Assembly: GCA_000708835.1 (NCBI GenBank)
Contig: DF236986.1
Coordinates: 1 to 64,000, forward strand
Length of the DNA: 64,000 nt
From: Klebsormidium nitens
Lineage: Eukaryota > Plantae > Klebsormidiophyceae
Direction: 5' to 3'
Both the position numbers and the translations under genes were made by a program. Positions 60,597 through 64,000 of this stretch are shown here, piece by piece; position 1 is the first letter of the stretch, and each line of letters opens with the position of its first letter. The notes under the pieces were generated by a model that was not told the DNA's origin, did no database searches, and worked only from the letters and a program-made list of their open reading frames with translations.

Positions 60597-61927
60597 CTAA
60601 CTGATAGCAGCCGCTTTGTCGTCCACTTTCTCTGCGGTGTCCGCCCTCTCCTCCGCACTTTCCGCGGTGTTCATCGTCATCCCGAGCTTCCCCGTCGGCG
60701 CCGTCGCAGGCTCGCCCGACTTCGCACCATCCGCACTTTTCGTTTTCCCCTCCAACTTATCCGCCGCCGCATCCAACTTGTTTCCCACAACGCTCAGCAA
60801 GCGCGAGAGTCCAAACAGCAGATCGCCCAAACCCTGTCCCTTCTCTGCCGCACCGCTGGCCTCCAAATTGGGGATGTCTAGAACTAGACCGAGCAGATTG
60901 AGGTGCAGTTCTTTGGCCCTCAGCTTCAATACGGGGCAAGTAGTAGGGAGCGGGGCGTCTTCGTGGAGGGGCGAAAGGAGCGCTTCGTTGGGGGGGAGAT
61001 TGGGACTTCTGGTCGCCTCCAATTCATTGGCGGCTTCCTGCGAGAAGATATTCGCGGGTTTCAAAGGGCTGCAGATTTTCATGCCCTAAGGAGTCAGAGG
61101 ACATCAAAGGCTGCTGGAATGGTGTCTTACACCTGCAGGTGCGAAGTGTGATATCCGAAGCTTCACCCAATCAAAGAAAAGTCATGTATCCAGTATGCAA
61201 AAAGCGAAGCTGATCAGCTTATCAGTGAACGTTTTGATACTCGCTCCACAGATGAGCAATGAATGTTCAAAGAGTGAGCTCTCAAGAGCGAGCAGGCCCC
61301 AATCAAAAGACGAGCCTCAAGAATGTTAACAGATCAGCGGCGGGAATCGATCCCTTGCACCAAAGCAGCAGCCAATCGACAGCAGCCAATCAGCAACACC
61401 TAGCACTACTTAGTTGGTCGGTCACAAGTTTCAGATTGTTCCTCCTGTGATTGCATGTCCCGTATGCTTTCAAGGTGGCACCTTCATGGGAAAAATCAAG
61501 AACAGCATCACTACCGTAGCCAAGACACGAGCTGCTTTGAGTGACTATCAAACATCACAGATAAGAAGGCCCAAATCTCGCAATTCAATCGTCAAGGCCA
61601 TTGCGCTGTAATGGAGGACCAGATGAAGAAGTCTCAATCGGTCCATGACAAACTTCTGAGCTTTCTCTCAAATCCGAAACCCCTGGATCCTCAGGAATCT
61701 GTTTCCGACCTCTCAAGCTTGACTCCTTGGGTCCTCTTAGTCGAGACATCTTTTCGAATTTCTGAATCCTTTTTCCGCCTACCCACTAAAAGTTTGGCGG
61801 CAGTGACAGCAGCACAGAGACCCAAAACAGCGGCCAAGTCAATTCGAGGGAAGCGATGGCCGACCTTCAGTTGAGCGCTCTGCTGGCGAATGTCGCTCAC
61901 GGGCCCGTCACTTTCATTATTGCCCAT
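60597..61927 (-). CDS. Small protein with an N-myristoylation-like start and a bacterial-looking LHLNLLGLVL domain
   Basis: Probable exon 1 is MGNNESDGPVSDIRQQSAQLK (GTCGGC donor). A phase-0 acceptor TTCTCGCAG near 61040 leads into a ~146-codon open exon EAANELEAT...TTCPVLKLRAKELHLNLLGLVLDIPNL...KAAAIS*. The link between the exons is inferred. Confidence 0.55.
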
Positions 61928-62240
61928 CCCTGCAGTTAATTCGGAGCGTCCCTGTGCTATCCAAACTGTCCCGAATGTCTCTCGTGCTAGAAGGCCGCCT
62001 TCCCTCTAATCAGAAGTCTTTGGAGAGCAGAAGTCGGATACCTATCTTTCTGAGGATATGTGACGAAGTTTTTAGGGCCTAATTATAATCTTCAGCCTTC
62101 AGGGCTGCATGATTGCATGCTAAGGAGATCCGAGTCAGGGCTCGCAAGATCAGTGAATTGCAGCAACAGTACGGTATGTTTCCTTGCTAGGAATACTGTT
62201 TTAACAGTACCGCGGCGGCCAGCTTGCGCAGTTGCAAGTA

Positions 62241-62498
62241 TACCGTAGTGGCACGACCCATTCGCACCAAAAATAAATTCGATAGGCCTTGGTGCGTAAA
62301 ATTTCGGAAATTATTCTGACCTTGGTGCGAAAGAGCGAAATGGAAATAAACCCAAATGAAGCCTGAAATCGCGTAGAAATGGGCTAAAACACTGTAAAAT
62401 TGCCCTTGTGCGATAAGAAAATATCCCCCCGAAATCAGAAAAGCGAAAAAAATAATTTTCGTAAGAGCTTGGTGCGAATGGGTCGTGCCACTACGGTA
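62241..62498. mobile_element. Tc1/mariner-type (Stowaway-like) MITE, 254 bp, perfect 28-bp TIRs, TA target-site duplication
   Basis: TA|ccgtagtggcacgacccattcgcaccaa (62243-62270) ... ttggtgcgaatgggtcgtgccactacgg|TA (62469-62496). A-rich non-coding interior with internal ttggtgcg copies. Confidence 0.85.
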
Positions 62499-64000
62499 TG
62501 CTTGTTGCATGCATGCATGCAAAGGCAAAACCAATCATGCAGTGATCACACCAGCTAGTGGAACGGCCACTGCGTCAGCTCGCGCATAGCGTATGAAGAA
62601 GGCACAGGTGGACATTTCCGAACTCACTGGTCTGGTCCGGGCCGCCGAAGCGGACGGGCAATTGTCTTCAATGATTGGTATCTGCCAATTGGCAATGTTT
62701 GCCTGCTCGACATGATGGGGACGTAGTAGCGGCTGCCCGCGGCCTGCCATTGCCCTGAGCCGCGCGGCCGGGTACATGAAGCAGCGCGGCCGGGCGGCTC
62801 AGCGGGTTTTACCTATCCGCAAGTTGGACGTACCGGACGTCGTACAACTTCCCACGGGCGCGCAACGGACGTCCGCATCATGAGATGAGAAGTCGAGCGC
62901 TGGTGGGCCTCGAGGGATGCCCCGGCCTGGGTTGCTCGTGGAAGGCACATTCACAGTGTCGGCTACCCGTAGAAACTTGCCGTTTCAAGCCCGAGGATCG
63001 ATTCCAGGGACGAGGCCGAGTTGCATGAAAGCGTTGACAATGCGAACGCCGGAGCATGGCTGCCAGCAGCTAGCGCTAGCAGACCGGGTTAACGATTCGA
63101 TATCTGGGGTGTTGCTGCAACGGCCGCTTCTGTCGAAGGTGTCACAGATTCAGATCACTGCACTCACTGCACACATGCTCCTTCGAATAGCGCTTCCGTT
63201 ACCAATTGGTAACGTCCCGTACTGCCCGGTGCAAGTCACCGCCCTTGATCTTTGACGCCCAAAAACGGCCGGGCTACCGGCCCCCCGATCCCTCCTCTTC
63301 CGATCTCGGCCTTCGAATAATTAAACTTAAAGCAGCAAATCAGTCATATCATGGCAAACACACGCAGTTGCCAGAGCTTGGCTGGGTCCATACCGCAAAA
63401 TGGCCAGGCGGCCATGAGGGTAATATTTCTGGTAGCTAGTGCTGCAGGACTGAAATGCACTGATCGAGCAGTATAACAGATATATGCTGGTTCCTTTTAG
63501 CTGCATTGCCAAATGATCTGTACATCCATGCAGATCAATCTGCGACCCGCGCGGCCATGCCAGTGACCCGGCTGTGAATCCCCTTCACTAAAGCGCGGCA
63601 TGCCGAAGATGCAGTGTCTTTGCACTTAATTTGCCCATGGGCCCGTGAGAAGCTGGCCCGTTCAAGACCGCGGCCGACGGCCTCTTGGACGTCTTTTATA
63701 GTGGTTGCCGGTGCCGCATCAGTGACGGTGCCATCCCGCGGGCGGCCTGCACAAGCTACCTATGGTGGGTGTCGACGGTATCGACCGCGTCACGGTCCGG
63801 TATCAAATCTGATTGACCGGTGTCACGCGTCGCGACAAATGTTGTACGCAGTACTAACGACCGTACTCGGCGGTACTTGAGAATTGGGTCCGAGTTCATG
63901 AATGGAAGTTTTTCTGACACGTCGATAAACGGGCAATTGCGTACTAGCCGGAGGTACGGTACCGTCGCGCGAGACTTGAGTCTGCGCGTCCAAATATTGA

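Overview
Intron-rich nuclear DNA from a green-lineage eukaryote. Gene set, codon usage and intron style suggest a streptophyte alga such as Klebsormidium, but this is inference. I hand-spliced about 10 genes, mostly in divergent pairs: an acidic protein of unknown function (-), VTA1/LIP5 (+), an NTPCR/THEP1-type NTPase (-), a YnbB-type PLP lyase (+), a DEK-C + 2xSWIB protein (-), organellar PheRS (+), a weak candidate membrane-anchored protein (-), a TRF-like telobox Myb protein (-), a two-lipoyl-domain mitochondrial PDH E2 of LTA3 type (+), and a small protein with a bacterial-looking domain (-). Two MITE-like elements, several minisatellites and one 629-N assembly gap are present. No rRNA, tRNA or CRISPR array is supported. 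Main observations: (1) in at least 8 introns of 5 unrelated genes, decayed copies of the 3' splice site plus the start of the next exon sit upstream of the real exon; (2) the PDH E2 has DQRVYDG in place of the catalytic DHRxxDG motif; (3) VTA1 carries a 42-aa repeat array with two PSAP motifs per unit; (4) a possibly bacterial-derived domain lies behind an N-myristoylation-like start. All gene models were made by eye, and some internal exons are unresolved.
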